Source: a virus
DNA: 48,448 bases
Virus record (IMG/VR): IMGVR_UViG_3300005331_000001
Reading direction: 5' to 3' (one strand)
Part shown: positions 17,862 to 26,825 of the stretch, piece by piece
How the letters are laid out: each line of letters begins with the position of its first letter
How positions within the stretch are numbered: position 1 is the first letter of the stretch
Notes under the pieces: generated by a model
What the model was told of the DNA's origin: nothing
Databases searched by the model: none
Seen by the model: only the letters and a program-made list of their open reading frames with translations
Position numbers and translations under genes: made by a program

Positions 17862-19022
17862 TTAGGCTCCTTTCTGTTTGTGGGCGCCGGACAAGCTTTT
17901 CTTGTGGGCCTGGTAAGGGGTCGGTGCGGCGTCGGCAGTCGTGGTGTTTTTTGCACCGTCCTGCGCCAGCTGCACGAACTGAGCGAAGAGCGCCGCGGTG
18001 TCACCGGTTGGCGACTTGACCTTCTTCTTGCCGCTCTCGTCCTTGTCGTCGTCTTCGTCCTCATCCTTGTCGGACTCGGCGTCGAAGGCGCACTCAACGT
18101 AGCCGGCGGACTTGTCCGACCAGTCACGCTTCGGCAGGGCCACGGCCAGGGCGGCGCGCTTTATCTCGATCACGTCGAGGCTGTCGCAGGTGAACCCGTC
18201 GCCTGCGACCTTGCGCGCCAGGGCCTGGGTATTGCCGATCAGTACGACGCGAGCATTGATCGCCTCGTCGCTCGAAGCCGTGCGGGCCTCGGCCAGGTCT
18301 TCTGCAGCCTTGTCAGCGGTCGCCTGGGCCTTATCAGCCTTGGATTCCGCATCGGTGGCACGCTTCAGCAATCGGTCGAACGAGTCGGCGACCACTTGGG
18401 CGTTCGCAGGATCAGCAACATCAACGCTGCGCCCGCTATCGGTGGTGATAAGTACAGGCATTGTGTTGCCTCCTGGGTTGTGGTCAAAAAAGCGGGCGTT
18501 AGCGCCAGCCCTTGCTCGGTCTACAACGGCAACGTGGTTGATCCTGATGTCACGCTGGATGTAGTGGTATTCCTGGCCGTCGTCGGTCACCCCTGGAGTG
18601 TCGTCGTAGACGGCGGTGTATCCGGCCGATAGCTCGCACTTGCCGGACGTGATGTCGTCGATGGTCGCCTTGTCCTTGACGATCAGGTCGCAGACCACGA
18701 AGTCGCCATCGCGCCGCCCTGAGCCGCGCACAACACCGACCGTCAGGCCTTTGTAGTTCGCCGCAGTGACAAGTCCGTGCGGATGGTTGTTGGTGACCGC
18801 CGAGGCGTCGTAGGTGCTCAGCGACGCGTCGGCGAACACCTCTTCCTCGGGGCGATACACGCGAACAACCCTCATTGGGTCGCCATCGAGGCCAAGCTCG
18901 CGAGCCAGGTACTCCTGAATCCCGGTGCGGGCTACCCGGCCCGGCACCTTGAGGAACCCCTCGTCGGTGTACTCTCGCTGGGTGATGCGATACCCAGCCC
19001 GGTCGAAAACCGTGCACTTCAT
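17862..19022 (-). CDS. Scaffold/prohead protease-like protein (DUF2213-like, 386 aa)
   Basis: The N-terminus ..REYTDEGFLKVPGRVARTGIQEY.. is followed by an acidic helical C-terminus. Confidence 0.6.
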   Translation of the reverse strand: MKCTVFDRAGYRITQREYTDEGFLKVPGRVARTGIQEYLARELGLDGDPMRVVRVYRPEEEVFADASLSTYDASAVTNNHPHGLVTAANYKGLTVGVVRGSGRRDGDFVVCDLIVKDKATIDDITSGKCELSAGYTAVYDDTPGVTDDGQEYHYIQRDIRINHVAVVDRARAGANARFFDHNPGGNTMPVLITTDSGRSVDVADPANAQVVADSFDRLLKRATDAESKADKAQATADKAAEDLAEARTASSDEAINARVVLIGNTQALARKVAGDGFTCDSLDVIEIKRAALAVALPKRDWSDKSAGYVECAFDAESDKDEDEDDDKDESGKKKVKSPTGDTAALFAQFVQLAQDGAKNTTTADAAPTPYQAHKKSLSGAHKQKGA

Positions 19023-19047
19023 GTTGCGGCCTCGCGGATTGGATGAA

Positions 19048-19863
19048 TTATCGGTAGACGCCCGGCGCTGTGCGACCTGCGTCCTGGTTGGCCTTGACCT
19101 CGCGTGCGCTCACTGGGCGCGCGATGCAGCGGCACTGATAGTCGGATCCCGGCTTGATCGGAACGCCCTTGTCGCTCAACGGGAGGTTGTCCCAGCGGTA
19201 GATGCCCTTCCCGTATGCGGTGACCTTCTCGTCGATGGCGCGGTGCCTGGTGCGGACGCGCTCATCATCGGCATCAACCCACTGGAAGTACTCAAAGCCG
19301 GCGGTCGTCTGCTGCTTCTCTGCCAGCTCGCCTTGGATCTTTGAGGTTTGGTCGCGGGCGATCATCTTGGCTCGGCGCTGCGTCACGCCGTACTGCTCTT
19401 GCAACGCCTTCTCGATGTAGCTGGGCCGCATGCCGGCGCGCATGTTCGCCATCACCTGCGTCTGCACCTCTTCCAGGTACTTGCCAGGGATGGACTTGAT
19501 CAGCTGGACGTTCTGTTGCGCAGAGGCCTTCAGATAGTCCTGAAGCACCTTGCTGCCACTGAATACGTCGATGCCGACCGAGCGCTTCATGTCCCGCTCG
19601 GACTTCTTCAGGGCGGCCTGCACGAAGTCTGCGGCGATACGCCCGGCGCCCGAGCCGAAATGCTCCGACTGCCACCTTTGGATGAGGCGGCCCATCGTGC
19701 TTAGGATCAGATCGGACCAAGCATCAGTCGTTACCACCGCGTCCTGGGTGTACTCCGGCGCCAACTGGCGAACGAGCGGCATGATCTCCTTGCTGATCGA
19801 CGCCTTGACCTGCTTCACCAGACGCTGCAGCTTGGCGTTGTACTGGATGCCGATCATGTCCAT
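19048..19863 (-). CDS. Head morphogenesis protein (Mu F / SPP1 gp7 family, 271 aa)
   Basis: The C-terminal motif DERVRTRHRAIDEKV...PGSDYQCRCIARPV is present. Confidence 0.8.
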   Translation of the reverse strand: MDMIGIQYNAKLQRLVKQVKASISKEIMPLVRQLAPEYTQDAVVTTDAWSDLILSTMGRLIQRWQSEHFGSGAGRIAADFVQAALKKSERDMKRSVGIDVFSGSKVLQDYLKASAQQNVQLIKSIPGKYLEEVQTQVMANMRAGMRPSYIEKALQEQYGVTQRRAKMIARDQTSKIQGELAEKQQTTAGFEYFQWVDADDERVRTRHRAIDEKVTAYGKGIYRWDNLPLSDKGVPIKPGSDYQCRCIARPVSAREVKANQDAGRTAPGVYR

Positions 19864-19989
19864 GGATCAGCCTCTCGGTACGGTGGGGGCGCCCTGGGCG
19901 CGATCGGTGGCCGCCTTGGCGGATCAATACCGTGAGCGCGCATCTGCTCGAACGTCGGGTTGTGATTGAACGGCAGGCCCAACTTACGT

Positions 19990-21369
19990 TTAAGCTGGCT
20001 TATCGTCATCGTCATCCACCGGGTCATTGAACATCGTCAGGTCCTCGTCATCCTCCAGCGCTTCGATCTTCTCGTCGTCGAACTGGTAGAGCTCTTCGGC
20101 CTGCAGGCGGCGCTGGATTTGGCTGGTGGTGACGATCCCGCCGTCTTTGTAGAGGATGTCGGTCTCGGCCTTGGCCTTGTTCGCCTGGGCGATCTGAACA
20201 GCATCCGGTTGCTGGAATGGGTTCCATACGTAGTTGAAATCGTCATTCCACTTGCCAGTGGCTGAACGCACCAGTACTTCGTCGATCTGGCGAAGGCCTG
20301 GGTCAATCTGAACCAGGCGCTTCGAAGACAGGGAGTTGTGGTAGTTGTTCATGTCCCCTTCGCCGCCATTGCTGAGGCCTTTTGCAGCCTCACCAAACAG
20401 ACGGGTGCCAGGGATATCAGCCGCACCGCTGAGCCAGGTCATCAGCAGGTCGAGCACCGGCGCAACCCCGGACAGGTCCAGGGTCTTGCGGTCATAGGTC
20501 TCTTCACCATCCAGCAGCGCCAGATTGATCGAGGACTTCATCATGCTGAACAGGGCGTACCGCGCCGTAATGGCGTCGTCCTGATCGCTTGCCAGCTCAT
20601 CCGAGAGGCCTTCGCGCTTGATGATGTCGACGTTCGCTTCCTGCATCAGCTCGGCAATGCCGTCCTTGCTGGCAACGATGTCCATCACGTCGTCGAGGCA
20701 CTTGCGCAGCTCTGAGTCGCCCCAGCCCTGCGTCTGCGCGCGCTGGCGCCGTGGCAGCTTGGCACCGGCGAACCGGGCGAAGTGCGTCCAGTGGATCATC
20801 TGGGCGCCGGCGGCGATGGTGTAGAACTCCGGCTGCAAGTAGTTCGCAGCCAGGATGTTGGTTTGGTTCAGGTCCATTGCCGTCATGTCGAAGCGGTCAA
20901 TGACCAACAGGCGGTAGAGGTCGCCCTTCTTGATCTTCTCCGGCTTGAGCGGCTTGGTCAGGTCCTGATTGGTCAGCATGAGGATGCCGGCGCCACCGTA
21001 CAGTCGCGCCCAGCTTGTTGCCTCGCTCACCATTGCAGGCAGGTTCAAGCGGTCTTCCTCGGCCCGGATCACGTCCGCGTCGTCGCACTTGAGGGTGCGC
21101 CACTCGCGGGTCATGTCCTCGGCCGGGTAGTCCACGATCGCCCGGGCAAGCCAGCTGGTCTGGTATGCAGCATCCAGCTGCTGGAAGTCGTTCAGGAACC
21201 CGTACTGGAACTGGTTGTGTGAGCGCTTGGCCTTCTGGGTGCCCAGGCCCGAAACGACGTTCACCAAGCCATCACTCGACGACTTGATCTGCGCCTCGTA
21301 CTTCTGAGCGGCCCGCACAAGGGCCTTGCCCAGCTTTTTGTCTGCTGGCACTAAGCCCTTCTTGCTCAT
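19990..21369 (-). CDS. Portal protein (DUF1073-like, 459 aa)
   Basis: It lies directly downstream of the large terminase gene, has an acidic C-terminal tail and is the right size. Confidence 0.75.
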   Translation of the reverse strand: MSKKGLVPADKKLGKALVRAAQKYEAQIKSSSDGLVNVVSGLGTQKAKRSHNQFQYGFLNDFQQLDAAYQTSWLARAIVDYPAEDMTREWRTLKCDDADVIRAEEDRLNLPAMVSEATSWARLYGGAGILMLTNQDLTKPLKPEKIKKGDLYRLLVIDRFDMTAMDLNQTNILAANYLQPEFYTIAAGAQMIHWTHFARFAGAKLPRRQRAQTQGWGDSELRKCLDDVMDIVASKDGIAELMQEANVDIIKREGLSDELASDQDDAITARYALFSMMKSSINLALLDGEETYDRKTLDLSGVAPVLDLLMTWLSGAADIPGTRLFGEAAKGLSNGGEGDMNNYHNSLSSKRLVQIDPGLRQIDEVLVRSATGKWNDDFNYVWNPFQQPDAVQIAQANKAKAETDILYKDGGIVTTSQIQRRLQAEELYQFDDEKIEALEDDEDLTMFNDPVDDDDDKPA

Positions 21370-21385
21370 GGGGTCACCGATTGGG

Positions 21386-22729
21386 TTATAGGAGGTCGCG
21401 GATTGGTCTCGAATTGGCTACCAGGTGCGGACATGCGCCCATCACGAACGCATCAGCCAAGTTGGGGGACGCGACACTGCGCCGGGCCAGTTCATCCTTG
21501 GTCTCAACCATATCCAGCCCGCGCTTGCTGTAGCGCTTGCGTGGAGTGGACAGCTCGAGCTTGAGTTGCTCGATCTTCCGCAGGTCGCCGGAAATGCTGA
21601 TCAGGTCGGACGCCTTGAACTTGTGTCCCTTCGTGACCGCGTTGAACGTGTTGCGCATGCGGTCGGCCACGTCCTGCCAGGCCTGGGCCTTCAGGTTCTC
21701 GAACTTGTCCTTGTTCTTGATCTTGGGCGCGTATTCCTTTTCAGGATTGACGATGGCGCCGGCGGCGTTGAACTTGAAGTACCCGCCATGAATGCGTGCT
21801 GCCTTCAGGGTGGAACCCACGTGAGCGCCGTTGCCGATGCTGTCGTAGATCAGTCGCCCGCCGCGCACGTGAGACCACGCACGCATAGCCGACTCGTTCA
21901 GCTCGTCTTCACCGGCCTTCCAGTCATCCATGTCAAAGCAGATCGCTCCGTCAAACATGGCGCAGGCATTGCTGTCGTCACCGCTGTCCGCCACGTCGTA
22001 GCCAACCGCCTTGGCGCCGGACAAGCTCATTCCCAGCTTCAGGTGCGCGTTGACGCACGCCTCCACCCAGGAGAACTTGATGACCGCCGCGTCGTCGTTG
22101 GTCCTGGGCTGCCCCAGGTAGATGTGGTTGTAGGACTCTTCGTCCGCCTCCTTCAACCGCTCAGCCTTGGAGCGAGCGGTATCGGAAAGGAAGGGGTTGT
22201 CGGCGTAGTTGATGTGCTTGATGACGCAATCGTCGCCCAGCAGCTTTGGTAGCTTTGCCTGGACAAAGTCGGTCATCAGGTCCGGGTTCCACAGAATCCA
22301 GATCTCCGAACCCTGCTTACGGATTGTCGGGTCGATGACTTTCCACTGGTCTTCGGTGAGGCCTTCGCCCTCCTCGATCCAGCAGATGTCGACGCCCTCA
22401 GTACCCTTGATGTCGTTCAGGTTCCGCGCGATACCGTAGAACAGGAACTCCGAGCCGGTCTTGCGGTGCTTGATCGACGACACGCCGATATCAAACTCGT
22501 CCGTCCATCCGGCCTGGCTGATCTTTTCCTTGATGACCGTGTACACCGAGTCGGCGATGCGGTTCTGGAACTGGCGAATGCAGAGGAACTTCACCGTGTA
22601 GTTGCGAGCCAGGAAGGCAGCCATGCCGCCCGCGTCTTGGGTCTTCGACGAGAATCGCCCACCCTTCAGAAGCTTGTACGGCTTCCTGATCCGCCAAAAC
22701 TCACGAAGGTTCGGGTTAAGCTGGTACAT
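21386..22729 (-). CDS. terL: Terminase large subunit (PBSX/Terminase_3-like, 447 aa)
   Basis: Walker A-like KGGRFSSKT, then CWIEEGE (Walker B), with a nuclease-type C-terminus. Confidence 0.88.
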   Translation of the reverse strand: MYQLNPNLREFWRIRKPYKLLKGGRFSSKTQDAGGMAAFLARNYTVKFLCIRQFQNRIADSVYTVIKEKISQAGWTDEFDIGVSSIKHRKTGSEFLFYGIARNLNDIKGTEGVDICWIEEGEGLTEDQWKVIDPTIRKQGSEIWILWNPDLMTDFVQAKLPKLLGDDCVIKHINYADNPFLSDTARSKAERLKEADEESYNHIYLGQPRTNDDAAVIKFSWVEACVNAHLKLGMSLSGAKAVGYDVADSGDDSNACAMFDGAICFDMDDWKAGEDELNESAMRAWSHVRGGRLIYDSIGNGAHVGSTLKAARIHGGYFKFNAAGAIVNPEKEYAPKIKNKDKFENLKAQAWQDVADRMRNTFNAVTKGHKFKASDLISISGDLRKIEQLKLELSTPRKRYSKRGLDMVETKDELARRSVASPNLADAFVMGACPHLVANSRPIRDLL

Positions 22730-23294
22730 CGCCAGTGTAGAAGTCGTCCAGCGACTTCCCTTTGGGGCTCATGCTGCCATCGCTGCTGGTGTGGTCGTGC
22801 TTCTGCGCCGACTCCCAACCCTGCATCCGGGCGAGCTGCTGAATTGCGCCCAGGCGGTCGTACATCTCGATCTTCGGCCCGAACTTGGTCATGGTCACCG
22901 ACTTGATGGTTGCCGCTGCCACGTCAGGGATCTCGACACTGTCCTTCATACGCCAGATGGTTTCAGTGACAGGCCCCTCAGGCCCGTCAATCTCGCGCTG
23001 GTCGAACTCAAGGATGTCGGTAATGGATGTCTCGGCAATCAGGCTGAGGCGCTCCAGGGCGCGCTGACGGGTCATTACCGAGTCGGTAACAGCTGATTGG
23101 TTGAGCTGTTCAAGCCTCACCCCAATCTCACCCTTCTTGAGCAAATCGCTGGCCTTGTTGTTGATCGTCTCAGGCTTCATGTTGGCAGCGCTATATGCCT
23201 GCCTGTAGGCCTCACTGGCGTTACCCGTCTTCAGGTAGGCCAAGCAGAAGGCCTCCTGCTTTGGGGTCAGTGCCATGTCAGTTATCCGCGCCAC
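22716..23294 (-). CDS. terS: Terminase small subunit (Terminase_2-like, 192 aa)
   Basis: LTPKQEAFCLAYLKTGNASEAYRQAYSA is the family's HTH signature. Confidence 0.85.
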   Translation of the reverse strand: MARITDMALTPKQEAFCLAYLKTGNASEAYRQAYSAANMKPETINNKASDLLKKGEIGVRLEQLNQSAVTDSVMTRQRALERLSLIAETSITDILEFDQREIDGPEGPVTETIWRMKDSVEIPDVAAATIKSVTMTKFGPKIEMYDRLGAIQQLARMQGWESAQKHDHTSSDGSMSPKGKSLDDFYTGDVPA

Positions 23295-23324
23295 GTTTTC
23301 GAATGCGCCAAATCGTGGCGCGGC

Positions 23325-23825
23325 TTATCTGTTCTTCTGCGCAGCGGCGTATGCTGCCTCACACGCGAATCCGGCTACTCTGCTTCGGTCAAGCGCTTCT
23401 GCCAGGCTTCCCGCCGTTTCGTCAGCGCTTCTACGCAGGTCGGCAAGCAAAACGGTAAGATCGGCTCTTGCCTTGCTTCCGCTGGCAACCTCGGCAGTGC
23501 AGGTGCGTCGGCTGGCAAGGAGATCGGTGATTTGTTGCTGCAGGCTGCGAGCGCGACCGTCAGCGACAACAACAGCAGCCTGGATGCTTTTGTTTTGAGT
23601 CTTGGCATTGTCGGCAGCTCGGTTGATGTCGTCGATGACCTGGCGCTGTAGTGCCAGGGTCTTGCTGAGCGAGTTTGCTTTGGCGGTCGCGGTATCGCGC
23701 TCACCGGTCACTTCAGCCAGATCTGACTTGGCTCGCTGGAGCTGGATGTCCATGATGCCGAATGCGACGGCAACCCCCAGGGCAATCCACACCCAGGTCG
23801 GTACCAACTTCAGCAGGGCGATCAC
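23325..23825 (-). CDS. Rz: i-spanin (Rz-like, 166 aa)
   Basis: An N-terminal transmembrane helix (VPTWVWIALGVAVAFGI) is followed by a long coiled coil. A lipoprotein ORF is embedded in the +1 frame. Confidence 0.75.
   Translation of the reverse strand: MIALLKLVPTWVWIALGVAVAFGIMDIQLQRAKSDLAEVTGERDTATAKANSLSKTLALQRQVIDDINRAADNAKTQNKSIQAAVVVADGRARSLQQQITDLLASRRTCTAEVASGSKARADLTVLLADLRRSADETAGSLAEALDRSRVAGFACEAAYAAAQKNR
23375..23608 (-). CDS. Rz1: o-spanin (Rz1-like lipoprotein embedded in Rz, 77 aa)
   Basis: MPRLKTKASRLLLLSLTVALAAC carries an LAAC lipobox, and the mature part is Pro-rich. The gene lies entirely inside 23325..23825 in another frame. Confidence 0.7.
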   Translation of the reverse strand: MPRLKTKASRLLLLSLTVALAACSNKSPISLPADAPALPRLPAEARQEPILPFCLPTCVEALTKRREAWQKRLTEAE

Positions 23826-24097
23826 TTCGGCTCACCGTCGCGCAGCTTGGGCTGCTGGATCACTCTGACGACCGCAACCCCGATACCGAGGATCATGTTC
23901 ACCGAGGCGAAGATCAGTGGGTCTACTGCGCCTTGGAAGGCAGACCAGCCAGCGGCGGCCGCGTTGAGGGCAACGCCGATGATTGCCAGTTGAACACTGG
24001 TCATGCGCCAGAACTTTCGCCATTCAGGGATTAGGGTCATTTGGTGTCTTCGCTGCTGGGAGTTTTTCCAGTCTTTCGGCGTATCGCTTCCACTCAT
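23822..24097 (-). CDS. Holin-like protein with two transmembrane helices (up to 91 aa; start uncertain: 24097, 24040 or 24004)
   Basis: The two hydrophobic helices are SVQLAIIGVALNAAAAGW and LIFASVNMILGIGVAVVRVI, with a charged C-terminus. It sits in the lysis cluster. Confidence 0.55.
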   Translation of the reverse strand: MSGSDTPKDWKNSQQRRHQMTLIPEWRKFWRMTSVQLAIIGVALNAAAAGWSAFQGAVDPLIFASVNMILGIGVAVVRVIQQPKLRDGEPK

Positions 24098-24257
24098 CGC
24101 GACTCTTCAGGGCCTCTCGCAGTTGTCGAGCCAGTCGGTCGGACGGGGCGCAGTTGGAGGCAGTGAGGCCGGATACCGTGTAGGTGATCTGGGGTGGCGG
24201 AACATGCTTGGTCGTGCACCCGGCAATCAGGAATATCACGATCAGCAAAATTCTCAT
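24024..24257 (-). CDS. Small lipoprotein (77 aa), a second o-spanin-like or exclusion-type lipoprotein
   Basis: MRILLIVIFLIAGC carries an LIAGC lipobox. Its start overlaps the stop codon of the upstream gene (ATGA). Confidence 0.6.
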   Translation of the reverse strand: MRILLIVIFLIAGCTTKHVPPPQITYTVSGLTASNCAPSDRLARQLREALKSRDEWKRYAERLEKLPAAKTPNDPNP

Positions 24258-24571
24258 TTTGGGCGTCCGTTCTTCACCAGGTCGCGCAGGCTGTCACCTA
24301 CCTGCTGGATTTGAAACTCTTGCCGTTGCGAGTTGATGCGGAGGGAATCGACGAACTTGTCGGTCGACTCCCTCGATCGCTCCAACGATTCCACCCTCTG
24401 GCCGATAAGGGCCTGATTGGTTTGGTAGGCGGCCAGCTGCACCTGGAGCGAACCAAGCGAGCTGACCACATATGCAAAGGCGCCTATCGCCGCAGCAGAC
24501 AGAACTGTTTGCAGTATCGGCACGGCGACCTTGAACGCGGTGCTGTCTGCAATGCGCGACACTTCTGTCAT
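24254..24571 (-). CDS. Single-pass membrane coiled-coil protein (105 aa), i-spanin-like; first gene of the late operon
   Basis: A transmembrane helix (VAVPILQTVLSAAAIGAFAYVV) is followed by a coiled coil. The ATG at 24571 is preferred over the TTG at 24631 in the ORF track. Confidence 0.55.
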   Translation of the reverse strand: MTEVSRIADSTAFKVAVPILQTVLSAAAIGAFAYVVSSLGSLQVQLAAYQTNQALIGQRVESLERSRESTDKFVDSLRINSQRQEFQIQQVGDSLRDLVKNGRPK

Positions 24572-24936
24572 AGGGGGCACCAGGAATAAAAGGGCCGGTG
24601 TGGTCGGCCAAACGCTGGGGAGCAGCGGCAAATTGAATCAGCCCCGGCGGCACTCCCAGCTCGGGGCAATGGGTGTGGCGGGGCCGAAAACGAAAAGGCA
24701 CCGATCAATGTCGAGGCCCTGAATAGGTGCGCGCGTCTTTCCGCGCTGTCTGCCGAAGACGACCCAGGTGTCGACGCCCCAATGCATCGATCGCGCCCTT
24801 CCTGTCTCGCGCCACTCCACAAGCATGTGAGGTCAGAGTGCGCGGGCTGCCGGTGTTGATTCCGTACGCCGCACTATCCGGCTATCGACGTCCAGGCCTT
24901 CCCGAGGGCTGTCCTGGCTACAGGTGAAACTCAGGC

Positions 24937-24963
24937 AATAAAAAACCCGGCGCGATGGCCGGG
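24937..24963 (-). terminator. Rho-independent terminator downstream of the Q-like gene (tR'-like)
   Basis: The minus strand reads CCCGGC-CATCGC-GCCGGG followed by TTTTTTATT. Confidence 0.75.
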
Positions 24964-25264
24964 CTCGGAATAAGTGCAGATGGCCGGTGCTGATCTCCGG
25001 CTTACCAGGTTGCCTCTATCGTCCCCTGGAAATCTCATTTAACCCAATCAGCCTTGGGATTCACCTGCAATTTGCCCCCTCCCCCTAAGGGTGTTGGCGA
25101 TACGCACTATAGCGGATGCGAGTCGGGCGATTTTTTTGGCGGAGCCACTCCATTACCTGGTTGCTGCTGTTGGCCCAAGCTGCCTCAACCGCCTAAGTTG
25201 CCGAAGGCAAAACTCTAACAGTGGCGAAATCATGACATGAGCCGCACGGGAACGCAATAGGCCC

Positions 25265-25846
25265 TCATACGGCCTCGCGCATTTCATAAATCACCGCTGC
25301 AACGGGACTCAATGCCCGGCGGTCCAGATCCTCGCAGCACTCGAAGATCAGCTGCAGAACGCCACCCCAGTCCCGCTCCCAATTGCACGACTCCAGGCGC
25401 ACGCCGTAGAACTGCCACATCCAGGCCCGGAACTTCTCAGCGTTGGCGCACGGGTCTTCGTTGGCCGACTGTCCGCCCTGGTGCATGTGCCGGTATCGGC
25501 GCATCACCCCCTTCACCACAAACTCCAGTTTCTCGCGCTTAGCCGCCGTCATCCTTGGTGATCGATTCTGCACCACTAGGAAAACGACTTCTTCCGCCGC
25601 TTCTCGGATGTCGTCGCTCTGCTCGGCGGCGTACATGAAGTCACCGAACACGCGGATCTGCGGATGTAGCCGGGCGATTGCAGACTGGATATGCCCGGCC
25701 AGTGCCCCGTGCACCGCGTGGTTTGCAGTGGGCCCTCGCTCGGTGCTCTGCACCACCACACCCAACTGCACTACGTCTGAGGTCTGGCCAGGGGCCGGGT
25801 TGTATTTGCAGTCATGCCACGCCTGGCGCGCTGAATTGATCTTCAT
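25265..25846 (-). CDS. Putative late-gene antiterminator (Q-like, 193 aa)
   Basis: It is the last gene of the early-right operon, after NinG. Its ATG overlaps the ninG stop codon (ATGA), and a strong terminator and the late genes follow. The sequence family is only weakly recalled. Confidence 0.5.
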   Translation of the reverse strand: MKINSARQAWHDCKYNPAPGQTSDVVQLGVVVQSTERGPTANHAVHGALAGHIQSAIARLHPQIRVFGDFMYAAEQSDDIREAAEEVVFLVVQNRSPRMTAAKREKLEFVVKGVMRRYRHMHQGGQSANEDPCANAEKFRAWMWQFYGVRLESCNWERDWGGVLQLIFECCEDLDRRALSPVAAVIYEMREAV

Positions 25847-26448
25847 GCTGCCTGCCCCTTTTTCAGTTCTCTGGTCATTGCCCGGTATTTGGCCTTGATG
25901 GCCTTGATCTCTTCCACGGTGTACTTGCAGGCCGGGTGCAGGCCCTCCAGCCAGGCTACCTTCTCGGCGCCGATGCGCTGGACCAGGCGAATGCGGTATT
26001 CCACGGCATTGCCGGATAGGTTGCGGTTGCACTTCACACACTGGCGATGGATGTTCAGCGGCTCGAAGCGCAGCTCCGGACAGGCACCCACGGATCGGTA
26101 ATGCCCAGCGTCCCAGCGGCTTCCGGTCATGAGGTCGTTGTCGTTCGGCGTGGAGTCGCAGCTGATGCAAGGCATGTGCGCATCACGCAGGCGAACGTAT
26201 TCGTTCACCGCAGCCTGGGCCTCCCGTAGGTGATCCGCCCTGCTCTTCAGCTTCTCCTTGCGGACCTTGATATCGGCGCGCTCGATCTGATCCAGAGCCT
26301 TGCGGGCCTTCGGCGCATGACGCTGCCCATCGATCAGAGCGCACGCTGGACTGCAAACAGCCTGCGCCATGCGCGAAGGGATAAATGAGGCCCTGCACGC
26401 AGCAACGCGGCACTTCTTCGGCTTAGCCGGCTTCCGTTCGATGGTCAT
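25843..26448 (-). CDS. ninG: NinG/Rap-family recombination endonuclease (201 aa)
   Basis: An N-terminal Cys cluster (CRVAAC..CSPAC) and the C-terminal CISC...WDAGHYRSVGACPELRFEPLNIHRQCVKCNRNLSGNAVEYRIRL are the NinG signature. Confidence 0.88.
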   Translation of the reverse strand: MTIERKPAKPKKCRVAACRASFIPSRMAQAVCSPACALIDGQRHAPKARKALDQIERADIKVRKEKLKSRADHLREAQAAVNEYVRLRDAHMPCISCDSTPNDNDLMTGSRWDAGHYRSVGACPELRFEPLNIHRQCVKCNRNLSGNAVEYRIRLVQRIGAEKVAWLEGLHPACKYTVEEIKAIKAKYRAMTRELKKGQAA

Positions 26449-26825
26449 ACAAGGAACTCCCGAGTCTCACACTGCTTCCCAGTCCTGCGGATGAATTCCT
26501 TGCGCTTGGAAACGGCCATCAGATAGCACTGCTGGCATGAGGCATCCGTCGCAGCTTGCCAAATAGCCTTCGACCGGCGGACAACGTAGTTCCCGCACTG
26601 GCAACGGCACGACCACCGACCCTTACCCTGTCCAATCCATCCAGACACAACCAATCGACCGAATTTTCTACCGACGAGGTTTTCCATGCCTTCGGGCAAT
26701 TCCTTTATGGGGATAGGCAGGGATGAGCAAACCTCAGTCTCAAGCCCTCGATATTCGAATGACTCACCACGCGAAACCACTCTTGCCGCCAAGGAGTTCA
26801 CTGGGCGCTCATGTCCACTTTTCAT
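26445..26825 (-). CDS. Zn-ribbon protein with a GRKFGRLVV...CRCQCGN motif (126 aa)
   Basis: It shares an N-terminal motif with 42005..42625 (FGRLTV...CICSCG). Function unknown. Confidence 0.5.
   Translation of the reverse strand: MKSGHERPVNSLAARVVSRGESFEYRGLETEVCSSLPIPIKELPEGMENLVGRKFGRLVVSGWIGQGKGRWSCRCQCGNYVVRRSKAIWQAATDASCQQCYLMAVSKRKEFIRRTGKQCETREFLV

Noticed and set aside
24572-24690. A minus-strand stretch ending ..GGCCGACCA that superficially resembles a tRNA 3' end.
   Set aside because: It has no complementary 5' acceptor strand, no D-arm or T-arm consensus, and the TTCAATT lacks flanking stem pairing.
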